From a virus (Duplodnaviria; Heunggongvirae; Uroviricota; Caudoviricetes): DNA of 14,561 nucleotides. Every line of letters starts with the position of its first letter. Positions within the stretch are counted from its first letter, which is position 1. The notes beneath the pieces are model-generated. The model worked only from the letters and a program-made list of their open reading frames with translations, was not told the origin of the DNA and made no database searches. Below, in pieces: positions 1 through 8,068 of this stretch. The stretch lies in IMG/VR virus record IMGVR_UViG_2534682108_000011, one strand, 5' to 3'. Both the position numbers and the translations under genes were made by a program.

Positions 1-165
1 ATGGCAAAGCCGATCATCACGCTCAATGGCCTAAAAATCGTCATTATGTTGGGAATGCTGGTCATTATTCTCTGCGGTATCCGTTTTGCCGCCGAGATCA
101 TCGTGCCGTTTATTCTCGCATTATTTATTGCTGTTATATATAACTTATTTCGCATAACACATTGA
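1..165 (+). pseudogene. 5' fragment of a host inner-membrane transporter gene (AI-2E/TqsA-like N-terminus) fused to island DNA; 54 codons then stop
   Basis: ATG at 1; translation [45 protein letters not shown] is a hydrophobic TM-helix N-terminus I recall as TqsA/YdgG-like. After about codon 46 the sequence becomes AT-rich and the frame ends at TGA 163-165. Below the 60-aa cutoff of the ORF track. Identity is from memory only. Confidence 0.4.
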
Positions 166-211
166 TTTAATTAAATAATTAACACCGCAAAAAGTGCCAA
201 AAATCGCAAAA

Positions 212-233
212 TGACTACACCAGTGACTACACC
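212..233. repeat. Tandem direct repeat TGACTACACC x2 (12-bp period), followed by small palindrome ACCGTTCGGT (231-240)
   Basis: Read directly: tgactacacc ag tgactacacc. Lies about 70-90 bp inside the left junction; candidate recombinase arm-type site. Confidence 0.35.
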
Positions 234-250
234 GTTCGGTGCACTGTATG

Positions 251-276
251 AAACAACGTGGAACAAATAGACACAA
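251..276 (+). promoter_or_regulatory. Site A: three hexamers AAACAA / GAACAA / ACACAA at exact 10-bp spacing (251, 261, 271)
   Basis: aaacaaCGTGgaacaaATAGacacaa; the 15-mer AACAACGTGGAACAA is identical to the one at 7715-7729. Confidence 0.5.
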
Positions 277-496
277 GAAATATACAGGCGGATCATCTTT
301 CCAGGGGGAAGCACACCAATTCATGAGGGGCGTTAATGTCGATATGGGGATCCCCACCTACCGGAATTTTTTTCCGGTTAAACGTTAATCAGGCTGGTGG
401 GCTTTACCTGTTCGGTAGGTGTTATGATTATCGTAATACCTTTCCCCCAATGGGGTAAAAGCATCAACCGTAACGAAAGTCGTTATGGTTGCCACT

Positions 497-571
497 GATA
501 CCCCAAATTTGGGTATCACGAGTAAGCCCCAAAATCTGGGTGTTACTCTTACTACCCAAACTACGGGTAGT
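497..571. repeat. Array of three inverted repeats (TACCC-N7-GGGTA type) with centres at about 507, 534 and 561 (27-bp phasing)
   Basis: gataccccaaatttgggtatc (497-517), ccccaaaatctggg (527-540), actacccaaactacgggtagt (551-571). Non-coding region. Confidence 0.5.
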
Positions 572-589
572 TTCCGTAGTTTCATGGTC

Positions 590-609
590 GAGTTGCAGAT
601 CTGCAACTC
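590..609. repeat. Perfect 20-bp palindrome GAGTTGCAGATCTGCAACTC
   Basis: Self-complementary by direct reading; centred on AGATCT and contains GATC. Confidence 0.6.
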
Positions 610-863
610 CCCCATTAACCACAGGCGAATTTCCGCCTTCGGTCATTCCTTAATCATCTGCGTAATCATAATGATTATTCAGCAAGCGCAATTTTGCGCT
701 TTGCTTAAAGTTCAGCGAGTTACCGCGCCGACTTCCTCAAATTGAGGTTTCCGAAAATATCAGCGGGTTAGCGATTAAGCTGACCATTAATTAAACTGCG
801 AAAATGTCGTAGTTGTGAGGGGTGTAGCCAACCCATTTTTGGGCCGTCGGGAATATCAACCAG

Positions 864-1145
864 TTACCGCCGCAACCGCTCCGGCTTCTTCCAGTGGTAC
901 GTTATTTTCTCCTTCTCCCGATACATCTCCACGCGGCGACGGTAGGCCAGCAACTCAAGAACTCTGGTTCGTATGTTGCGCATATCCACGCCATTAAGTT
1001 CTATACCATCACGGCGCATCACCTCAGCAACAACACGCGCATAGTTTTCGGCTGTCACGCTGTCCGGCTGCGTGGCCTGTTCGTCAGCCTGCTGGCTGAT
1101 TCCGGCAACGCGGCGGATTAATCCCGTTATTTCGGCTTCTGTCAT
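864..1145 (-). CDS. Hypothetical protein (93 aa) immediately downstream of terL
   Basis: ORF with ATG at 1145..1143 and an SD-like TGAGGT about 9 nt upstream; starts 14 nt after the terL stop. Charged, non-repetitive composition. No family recognised. Confidence 0.5.
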   Translation of the reverse strand: MTEAEITGLIRRVAGISQQADEQATQPDSVTAENYARVVAEVMRRDGIELNGVDMRNIRTRVLELLAYRRRVEMYREKEKITYHWKKPERLRR

Positions 1146-1158
1146 GCTGCTGACCTCA

Positions 1159-2820
1159 TTACACCCCGCTAAATTCTTCCAGTTTCTGGCGGTGGCTGTC
1201 GCTTATATCAAAAGCAAAATCCTCATGCTCTGCCTGGAATGTACCAAACGCCATCAGCGCCGCCACGCTCGGGTCTATCTTGTTCGGTGATTTTTTCTTG
1301 TTCGGCTTGATATTGGCGTTCGCGTCACTCTGCATCACGACGTTACTCATCGACCAGGACAACACCGGATCGCCACGATGCACAATCACCCTGCGGTTAA
1401 CAAAAACTTCGAACGATTTCGCCGCCGGACTGAATCTGAGGTAGGTTTGCGGGAACGGCTCCACCTCAAAACCTGCCCCCTGTAATTGCGTTCTGAGATG
1501 CGTGGCGTTCCACGTATCAAAGCCCACCAGCCTGATATTAAATTTCTCCGCGTCCTGCATGATGTCATCTCTGATCCGGTCGTAATCAATGCAGTCGCCA
1601 GGCGTTGTGCGTATCCAGCCTGCTTTAGCCCACTGACGATAGATGGCGCGGTTTTTATTGGCGGGGTTCTGTAGCTGAAATTCCGGCAGATAGTGACGGG
1701 AAACCAGCATAATGGTTTTACCGACCGGAAAGGCATAGCACACGCTGGAAATATCGCTGGTTGATGATAAGTCCAGCCCCGCGTAACACTCCTGGCCGTG
1801 TAAATCTTCCTCCGTGAACGTTCCGGCACACTCAGCCCATGCGCCGTTACCCATCCACGGGGTAGCCCCCTGGCACCAGATATTAAATCGCTTTGTCATC
1901 ATCTCCACCCACTGCGACGGAATACCCCGCGCTTTCTGGATGGTTGAGGCCAGTTTTTCACGATCGACGGAAACATCAATATTAGGGTTCGCCTTTATCC
2001 ACATCGCCGGATCATCAACCTCGTTTTCGTCGTCCAGTTCGTAAATCAGTACAAAAATTGAATCGTTAACCTCTTCGCCGTCCAGGATCTGGCAGCAATA
2101 ATCATAGTGCTGTTTACAGGCTGAAACGACGTTGCTGCCTGATGTGGTAATGGCAAATAACAGCCCTTCGGGACGTGCGCCCATCCCCAGCTCAAGCGCG
2201 GAATAAACGCCGTTATCGGGGTGCAAGTGGTATTCGTCCACGATGGAAAGGCTTGGGTTTGTTCCCTCGATGGTTGCCGCTTTTGCTGCCAGCGGCTTTA
2301 ACAGGCTGTTGCTTTTCGGGTGTATCACCTTATGCGCCTGAATATTCACCCGCCTGCGTAACGGTAGGGATAAAAGGCACATCTGACGCGCATCATCAAA
2401 GACGATCCGCGCCTGGTCACGGCTCACCGCTGCGGTGTAGATATCCTGCTGACCGTTCTCCATAATCAGAAACCAGTTAGCCAGAATCGCGGCGGTCGTG
2501 GATTTCGCATTTTTGCGCGGCACTTCGATAAAGGCGCTCGTGTATTTGCGCCGTCCGGTGGCCTTAACCTTAAAGCCGAGGATGCACGCAAAGGCGAACT
2601 GCTGCCACGGCTCCAGCTCAATGGGTCTGCCACGCATCGGTCCTTTTACGTGCGGGCACACCCTGGAAAAGGCAATAAACCGCTCCACAACCTCACGATC
2701 GAACGTGTAAAGGGGGCTTTTAAGGTCCGAAAAGTACCGTTTAACGGCCTGTTTCAGCCGTTTACAGGCCGGAATTTTGCCCGTTTTTACGTCTTCTGCG
2801 TACTTATTCCAGGCGGTCAA
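1159..2820 (-). CDS. terL: Terminase large subunit (553 aa)
   Basis: N-terminus MTAWNKYAEDVKTGKIPACKRL is typical of TerL; ATPase P-loop-like PRKNAKST; length and position after terS. Confidence 0.9.
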   Translation of the reverse strand: MTAWNKYAEDVKTGKIPACKRLKQAVKRYFSDLKSPLYTFDREVVERFIAFSRVCPHVKGPMRGRPIELEPWQQFAFACILGFKVKATGRRKYTSAFIEVPRKNAKSTTAAILANWFLIMENGQQDIYTAAVSRDQARIVFDDARQMCLLSLPLRRRVNIQAHKVIHPKSNSLLKPLAAKAATIEGTNPSLSIVDEYHLHPDNGVYSALELGMGARPEGLLFAITTSGSNVVSACKQHYDYCCQILDGEEVNDSIFVLIYELDDENEVDDPAMWIKANPNIDVSVDREKLASTIQKARGIPSQWVEMMTKRFNIWCQGATPWMGNGAWAECAGTFTEEDLHGQECYAGLDLSSTSDISSVCYAFPVGKTIMLVSRHYLPEFQLQNPANKNRAIYRQWAKAGWIRTTPGDCIDYDRIRDDIMQDAEKFNIRLVGFDTWNATHLRTQLQGAGFEVEPFPQTYLRFSPAAKSFEVFVNRRVIVHRGDPVLSWSMSNVVMQSDANANIKPNKKKSPNKIDPSVAALMAFGTFQAEHEDFAFDISDSHRQKLEEFSGV

Positions 2821-3160
2821 GCTCGTCCTCTTCTTCTGTTTCCGGTGGGTTTTTACGGCGGCTTATCGGGTCAAAACCGAGCAAGGAGGCCATTTTTATC
2901 ATCACCCTTTCAGCGTCTGATTTCGCGCTTAATGCGGGGTTTCTGCTCTCGCCGCCCTGACTGTTAACAATGCTGAACCCGCGCGCCGCAAGGTCTGCGA
3001 CGGCTTTCCGGTAAATGGAGTAGTTGACACAATACAGTTCCAGATTGCTCCAGTCGGCGGGGGTCAGGTCTCCCCGTTCCGCAAGCTGCCGCGATTTTTC
3101 CCGCCACTGCTTCACGGCGATGTCATCCAGGTAGGCGGGGGCTTTCGGTGGTCTTGCCAT
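2804..3160 (-). CDS. terS: Terminase small subunit, P27-family-like (118 aa)
   Basis: N-terminus MARPPKAPAYLDD and acidic C-terminal tail EEEDELDRLE; overlaps the terL start by 17 nt. Confidence 0.75.
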   Translation of the reverse strand: MARPPKAPAYLDDIAVKQWREKSRQLAERGDLTPADWSNLELYCVNYSIYRKAVADLAARGFSIVNSQGGESRNPALSAKSDAERVMIKMASLLGFDPISRRKNPPETEEEDELDRLE

Positions 3161-3282
3161 GCTTATTTTTCGTCAGATTATTTTTCAAAAAATTCCCGTG
3201 CATAAAAATTTGAGGAGGCGTTCGGTGCCCGGCGGGGTCGGGTTTGTCCTGAAAACGCCCCCCACCCCGTCATACAGCCTCA

Positions 3283-3465
3283 TCAGCGATTGCGGAAACA
3301 TTCCATAACCTCGCGGTCACGGTCGGTTAATCGCTTCGCTGTGATGCGTTCTGCGCGTCCTGACGCTTTATCTTTATGCCCTGTTTCCTGTGTCTTCCAT
3401 GCGTCACGCTGCCTTATAAGTCCACGGATAAGGCGGTTTTGTTCCCGCTCATTCATCAGCGTCAT
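3283..3465 (-). CDS. Possible small ORF (60 aa) in the HNH-terS intergenic region
   Basis: MTLMNEREQNRLIRGLIRQRDAWKTQETGHKDKASGRAERITAKRLTDRDREVMECFRNR; protein-like composition but no clear SD; overlaps the HNH stop. Could instead be non-coding cos-region DNA. Confidence 0.25.
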   Translation of the reverse strand: MTLMNEREQNRLIRGLIRQRDAWKTQETGHKDKASGRAERITAKRLTDRDREVMECFRNR

Positions 3466-3889
3466 ACATCCAGTTATTGCGGTTAGCGGCCCGTTCTTCC
3501 TCTTCATGAAATCCACCTGCGGCACGCTTGCTTTTTGTTGCCGGATCAAGCCATTTCGTTTTCTGGTTATGACACGCCTGGCACAATGGTTGATGGTTCC
3601 ATTCGGGCCAGAAGAGAACATCATCACCGCCATTAATCGGGATAATGTGATCCACCACCACGGCGGGCGTATATATCCCCTTCTCAAGGCATCGCACGCA
3701 TAACGGGTTTTTACTCAGATACATGGCGCGGTATTTGTCCCACTGTCTGGAGTACCCACGCGCGCGGCGGTGTCCTCGTCTGGCATCCTCTGCACGCCAT
3801 GCCGCCCGCCTGTGCTCCTCACACTTGCCGGACTTCACGCGCCTGTTACAGCCTGGTTCTGTGCATCGTCTTAATGGTTGCCACGGCAT
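3449..3889 (-). CDS. HNH endonuclease (146 aa), packaging-associated
   Basis: Cys pairs CTEPGC and CVRC, plus VDHIIPINGGDD ... NHQPLCQACHNQKT HNH motif. Sits next to terS/terL as in HK97-like cos phages. Confidence 0.85.
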   Translation of the reverse strand: MPWQPLRRCTEPGCNRRVKSGKCEEHRRAAWRAEDARRGHRRARGYSRQWDKYRAMYLSKNPLCVRCLEKGIYTPAVVVDHIIPINGGDDVLFWPEWNHQPLCQACHNQKTKWLDPATKSKRAAGGFHEEEERAANRNNWMYDADE

Positions 3890-4185
3890 CAGTACACCCC
3901 CACATCACGGTAAGCCGTCCAGAGCGCGCCAATCGTCATGGGTACGCGCGTTTTTGCGTTATCCGCTACCAGCTGGCGATTCTCGTACAGGTGAGCGATA
4001 AACATCATGCAGCCAATCTTTATGGCTGGCGTGAACTCCAGCCCGTCATCAAAGCGCCTGCCTATATGTATCTGGCACGCCTCAAGCGATGCGGCAATGT
4101 ATCCGCTGATTAACTGGTCTTCCTCGTCGCCATCGATGCGGCAATGGAGTTTCACTTCTTCCAGGGTGATAAGTTCTTCTGTCAT
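3889..4185 (-). CDS. Head-tail connector protein, gp6-like (98 aa)
   Basis: MTEELITLEEVKLHCRIDGDEEDQLISGYIAASLE matches the conserved N-terminal pattern of this family; start overlaps the adaptor stop. Confidence 0.7.
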   Translation of the reverse strand: MTEELITLEEVKLHCRIDGDEEDQLISGYIAASLEACQIHIGRRFDDGLEFTPAIKIGCMMFIAHLYENRQLVADNAKTRVPMTIGALWTAYRDVGVY

Positions 4186-4520
4186 TTTTCCGCGCCCTCA
4201 CGACAAAGAATTTCAAGGCGTGTCCTGGCGGCATCCGGCAGCGGCTGCCCGATGATATTCAGTACACGCCCCGCCAGCGGCCCCGTACTGACCTTTATCC
4301 GGCTGGTGGCGTTGATGTCCTTCCGGTACCGTATCCAGATCCTTACGGTACCAATCGCCAGCTCTGCACCCGATGAAATGGCCTCCTTGCTGCTGATCAT
4401 GTTCACGCTTGCCCAGAGTGTGTGACCGTCCTCCCACGTTTCGAGTATTTCGCCGGTTATATCCCTGGTCTGTTTCAGGGTCTGAATCGTTACCCTGTCA
4501 CGCAGTCGCCCTATGTTCAT
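4182..4520 (-). CDS. Head-tail adaptor / head-closure protein (about 112 aa from the MNIGRLRDRVTIQ start)
   Basis: MNIGRLRDRVTIQ is the family-typical start. ATG at 4520 abuts the portal stop (4517); the longer ORF-track start at 4562 would overlap the portal by 46 nt. Confidence 0.7.
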   Translation of the reverse strand: MNIGRLRDRVTIQTLKQTRDITGEILETWEDGHTLWASVNMISSKEAISSGAELAIGTVRIWIRYRKDINATSRIKVSTGPLAGRVLNIIGQPLPDAARTRLEILCREGAEK

Positions 4521-5728
4521 TCCGGTTTTTCTCCCTCGCTGATTTTTACTTCCTGTTTCCATGCCTGGCTGAACTCATCACCACCATCACGCGGGGACAG
4601 CCCTTCACGTTCGCGGGCTTCGTTCGGGCACATAACGCCGGATTTGATGCCGCGTTCATAGGTGGCAAAGCGTTCGCCAGGTGTGGCCCGTAACAGGTCC
4701 GCGCTGTCAAACTCCACCTGATACCGGATACCAGGTACAGGCGAGGCCACCAGCAGGGCGTTTTTTATCTGCTGCTCAAAGTTCGCCAGCCACGGGCGCA
4801 TCGTCATAGTGAGAAATGCGCGGCTTGCCTCGCTGAAATTGCTGTAGGTGCTGTTGCTGTATTCCTGCAAAAAAATCGGCGAGACGTTGAACATTCGGGC
4901 GATGTCTTCAATGGTGAAGCGACGGGAGGCCAGCCATTCAGCATCCTGATTACTCATGCCCAGCTGCTGATAGCTCATACCCCCTTCAAGGATGGGCGTT
5001 TTTCCGGCGTTTCTGGCCCCTTTGTAGCGTTCCAGTGCGGCTAATGCCTGTTTGCCTTTCACGCCGTCCAGCCATTCGCCTGACGTGATAACCCCTGCCG
5101 CCATCATGCCATCACGCATCACGCTCGCGCCGTGGCGTTGTTGGGCCAGCCCAAGCCCCAGCGATTCGCGGCAGATGGTTACAGGTGAGCGCCCCATAAA
5201 ACCGTCATCCGTGGAGTAACGAAGGTGGAGAACCTCCCACGGTAAATAGTTGCGGGTGTTTCCGGTGTAGGCGTCAGTGATGCAGTAGCGCCAGTTGTGT
5301 TCGCCTGTCTGCTCCACGTTCACCGACTGCGGCGGGTAAGGATGTAAAGCCACCGGAAAACCATCACGCCCCCACTGAATCACCGCATAAGCATTACCGT
5401 TTAACAGGCAGTGGCGGATCATCATTCGCTTAAACTGGTAGGGAGTCTGCCACGCGTTCGGGCGCTCGTTGAGGATGTGATCGACCGGATGAGAATCAAG
5501 CCACTCTCGGGCCTCCTTCCCCTTCTCATTGCGTACCAGGTACAGGTAACACGGCATGGTAGCCACCGCCTCAGAGATGACCGTGACGGCGTTCATGACG
5601 GCGGGCAGTGATTCCGCTGTCCCCGATGATACGTACTCACCCGACCCCGTGTTCGATGTGCCGGCCAGCGCCATAAATTCATCCAGCGTCATGCTGCGCT
5701 GCTCTTTTTTTCTTCTGAAAGGCCACAT
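4517..5728 (-). CDS. Portal protein, HK97 family (403 aa)
   Basis: Size, position between protease and adaptor, and overall sequence character of HK97-type portals. Confidence 0.85.
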   Translation of the reverse strand: MWPFRRKKEQRSMTLDEFMALAGTSNTGSGEYVSSGTAESLPAVMNAVTVISEAVATMPCYLYLVRNEKGKEAREWLDSHPVDHILNERPNAWQTPYQFKRMMIRHCLLNGNAYAVIQWGRDGFPVALHPYPPQSVNVEQTGEHNWRYCITDAYTGNTRNYLPWEVLHLRYSTDDGFMGRSPVTICRESLGLGLAQQRHGASVMRDGMMAAGVITSGEWLDGVKGKQALAALERYKGARNAGKTPILEGGMSYQQLGMSNQDAEWLASRRFTIEDIARMFNVSPIFLQEYSNSTYSNFSEASRAFLTMTMRPWLANFEQQIKNALLVASPVPGIRYQVEFDSADLLRATPGERFATYERGIKSGVMCPNEAREREGLSPRDGGDEFSQAWKQEVKISEGEKPE

Positions 5729-5729
5729 A

Positions 5730-6302
5730 TCACACCCCCGCTAAATCCGCCCACCAGCGGCGATTATCCGCACGCGGCATTTTTTCGGGGTGCTGCTCAT
5801 ACAGGGAACGGCGGGCCAGCTCCACGCCGGAATCAGGGTAAGCCGGTACGGATGTAACGGTAATTTCGTACAGTTCCGCCACCAGCACGGTGCGCACGCA
5901 TGGATCTGTTGTGGTATCCCATACATCCTTACGGGAACGAAAGCCAAAGCTCATGCCGGATATATCACCACGTTTAACCAGTTCGATAACGTCACGCCCT
6001 GTGCTGGTATCCGGTGGGGTAAGTTCAAAGCGTAACCCTGTGTCGTCCTCTTCCAGTTTCAGCGTGCCGGAACGGGTGCGCCCCAGTAACATGCTGTGGT
6101 CATGCTCATACAGGCCGCGAACGTCATTACCCGCCGCAAGCCACTCAGTAAACGCCCCCCGCTGGAATTTTTCGTAAAACTCCCCCCATAGCAGTTCTGA
6201 AAGCTTATCCCAGCGAACAACGTAGCCCGTCAGCGTACCGGCTCCGCTGGTGGTGATTTCCGATGACCGGATTTCCATACTCTTCATAATTTTTTCACCC
6301 AT
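5730..6302 (-). CDS. Prohead maturation protease, HK97 family (about 190 aa; true start may be an internal Met)
   Basis: MEIRSSEITTSG ... GYVVRWD ... GMSFGF are typical of HK97 prohead proteases; lies between capsid and portal. Confidence 0.85.
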   Translation of the reverse strand: MGEKIMKSMEIRSSEITTSGAGTLTGYVVRWDKLSELLWGEFYEKFQRGAFTEWLAAGNDVRGLYEHDHSMLLGRTRSGTLKLEEDDTGLRFELTPPDTSTGRDVIELVKRGDISGMSFGFRSRKDVWDTTTDPCVRTVLVAELYEITVTSVPAYPDSGVELARRSLYEQHPEKMPRADNRRWWADLAGV

Positions 6303-6341
6303 AAAACACTAAAGGGGCTTTTAAGCCCCTTCTGTATGCTG

Positions 6342-7499
6342 TTAATCGTCGTCCTGTGGCAGTTCCAGAATCTTGATCGCGTTCGAATCCACCACGCCAC
6401 CGCCTAAATATTTCTGCGTGAAAATTTTGATGAAGCCCGGCTCTGTGAGGTTGTCCGGTCTGGTGCGAACACCTGTTTCGTGATCAACAATGTAGTAACC
6501 GCGTTTGAAGTCACCCAGGGCAATAACGTTATCAGGCATAAACTCCAGATATTCGACCGGAAGGCCCAGCAACGTATCAGGATCACCCGCCTGTAAACGG
6601 TCGCGCCAGATGTAATCACCGTTCGCGTTCTTCACCTTCTGAAGTTTTGCCGCCGTCGTGGAGTTAACCACCCAGACCGCGTTTTTGCGGTATTTTTTAC
6701 GTAATGCAAATTTCAGGTCGATCAGCGGGTCCGCAGATGTCCACGCCAGAGATTCGGAAGGTTTAATTACCTGCAACGTACCAAAATCACGCTCTTTGTC
6801 GTTCTTCTCTGCACGGGGTACGGATAAAAAACCTTTTGCTTTTTTGTCACCGTCGCCCACAACCAGATCGCTTTCTTCGGTTTCCGTGAAGGTGTCGCCA
6901 ATCTCACCCGTCAGCCATGAAAGGATGTCCACATCGGAAAAATCCACGATTTCCTGTGTGGTGCGCGGGTACGCATAGACCGGATACAGCTTAATGCTCA
7001 CCTCGTTAATCTGCGGGGTGCTGGTCTGTTCGCGTGCCTTACCCTCTTCACCGTGGTTAACGGTCGCACCGCCAGCGGAAACAAGCTGCTTAAACTCGTT
7101 GCTGCTGATTTTCTTCACGGTACAGATGCGGCGCATGGTGGATTCATCCGCCAGCATTCGCATGATTTCGGTGTTCAGCTCGGGGATAACGGTATAACCA
7201 CCATCAGCGGGAACGCCTGTACTTAATGCGCGGGTTTCACCTGTCAGGATGTAGTTGCGTAGTTCTGCGGGGTCAGTGGTCTGACTGCTTTTACCTGGCT
7301 TGCTGCGCTCTTCGTCTGCAATGGCTTCAAGGCGGGAAATGTCTTTATCGAGGGATTCAGCTTTAGTGCGTAATTCGTCAAATTTTGCGCCCTCAGCATC
7401 GTTAAGACTGCGGTTTTCTTTTTCCGCGTTCTCCAGCATGTCGCGCATCTGATTTTTAATGGCGGTTTTCTGCTGGCGTAATTCGATTATTCTCGGCAT
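6342..7499 (-). CDS. Major capsid protein, HK97 fold (385 aa) with N-terminal coiled-coil delta/scaffold domain
   Basis: Charged, helical N-terminal ~100 aa followed by a capsid-like domain; adjacent protease. Confidence 0.9.
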   Translation of the reverse strand: MPRIIELRQQKTAIKNQMRDMLENAEKENRSLNDAEGAKFDELRTKAESLDKDISRLEAIADEERSKPGKSSQTTDPAELRNYILTGETRALSTGVPADGGYTVIPELNTEIMRMLADESTMRRICTVKKISSNEFKQLVSAGGATVNHGEEGKAREQTSTPQINEVSIKLYPVYAYPRTTQEIVDFSDVDILSWLTGEIGDTFTETEESDLVVGDGDKKAKGFLSVPRAEKNDKERDFGTLQVIKPSESLAWTSADPLIDLKFALRKKYRKNAVWVVNSTTAAKLQKVKNANGDYIWRDRLQAGDPDTLLGLPVEYLEFMPDNVIALGDFKRGYYIVDHETGVRTRPDNLTEPGFIKIFTQKYLGGGVVDSNAIKILELPQDDD

Positions 7500-7713
7500 A
7501 AAAAAAGTCCTGGGGTTAAGTAAGGAACTCTAGGACGCGGCAAAAACTCAACCGTTTTTCATAAGGAAATCAGCAATCGCACCGATCGTTTTCCCGCCTG
7601 GTAATGAATATTGGCGAGAACATTAACAGGCGGAAAAGTGGCCCCAGCGTCCTGGCACCACGGGCGAGAATAATCATGATTCAGTTCGGGTAAAATATGC
7701 CGATCCGCTCAGT

Positions 7714-7739
7714 GAACAACGTGGAACAACCACGAACAA
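7714..7739 (+). promoter_or_regulatory. Site B: GAACAA x3 at exact 10-bp spacing (7714, 7724, 7734), upstream of the capsid/packaging operon
   Basis: gaacaaCGTGgaacaaCCACgaacaa. On the transcribed minus strand the proximal TTGTTC could act as a -35 with a TATTTT -10 about 16 nt downstream (weak inference). Confidence 0.55.
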
Positions 7740-7752
7740 ATAATTTACAAAA

Positions 7753-7779
7753 AATGACAAAAAGCCGGATTTCTCCGGC
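7753..7779 (-). terminator. Rho-independent terminator after the PerC-like gene
   Basis: Stem GCCGGA/TCCGGC (7764-7779, loop TTTC) followed on the minus-strand RNA by UUUUUGUCAUUUUUU; 7 bp past the stop at 7786. Confidence 0.65.
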
Positions 7780-7785
7780 TGTTGA

Positions 7786-8058
7786 TTAGCTGTCTGGGTA
7801 ATTACGCCATATTTCATCGCTTACACCATCTATACCCATTTCAGCATAAGTGCGATCTACTGCCTTTCTCAGGTCTCCGAAGTTATCCGGCGGCTCCGGT
7901 GGCTTCTGTGCCTTCCTGGAACATTCCAGCCGTCGCATCGTAACCTGATGCCGTTCCTTGTCTGTCTCCACCAGCAGCATGACTTCACCCCATCGCGCCG
8001 CCGCCCTCCGGTAAAAGCCTTTCGCCTCGAGTTCTTCCGCTATGCGGTCATGTACCAT
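7786..8058 (-). CDS. PerC/ANR-family-like transcriptional regulator (about 90 aa)
   Basis: MVHDRIAEELEAKGFYRRAAARWGEVM resembles the conserved N-terminus of PerC-like proteins (from memory). Start at 8058 chosen because of a GAGGGGG SD and no overlap with SSB; the 130-aa ORF-track start is a GTG inside SSB. Confidence 0.5.
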   Translation of the reverse strand: MVHDRIAEELEAKGFYRRAAARWGEVMLLVETDKERHQVTMRRLECSRKAQKPPEPPDNFGDLRKAVDRTYAEMGIDGVSDEIWRNYPDS

Positions 8059-8068
8059 CGCCACCCCC

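Noticed and set aside
380-720. Retron-like or other reverse-transcribed structured ncRNA
   Set aside because: No reverse transcriptase or other partner gene anywhere in the window; inverted repeats are better explained as protein-binding or packaging sites.
145-745. ORFs of 60-86 aa on both strands (145-357, 385-615, 464-646, 485-745) in the left non-coding region
   Set aside because: They overlap one another and the palindrome array, have Cys/Trp/His-rich translations and no SD. The region reads better as structured regulatory DNA.
1386-2967. Alternative-frame ORFs within terL and terS (1386-1829 minus; 1486-1674, 1814-2044, 2175-2465, 2498-2710, 2650-2967 plus)
   Set aside because: Nested inside or antisense to the 553-aa terminase gene, which has clear family features.
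3290-4437. Plus-strand ORFs (3290-3703, 3723-4001, 3799-4113, 4007-4255, 4144-4425) and minus 4213-4437
   Set aside because: All overlap well-supported minus-strand HNH, connector and adaptor genes in other frames; compositions are Arg/Ser/Cys/Pro-rich, typical of antisense reading.
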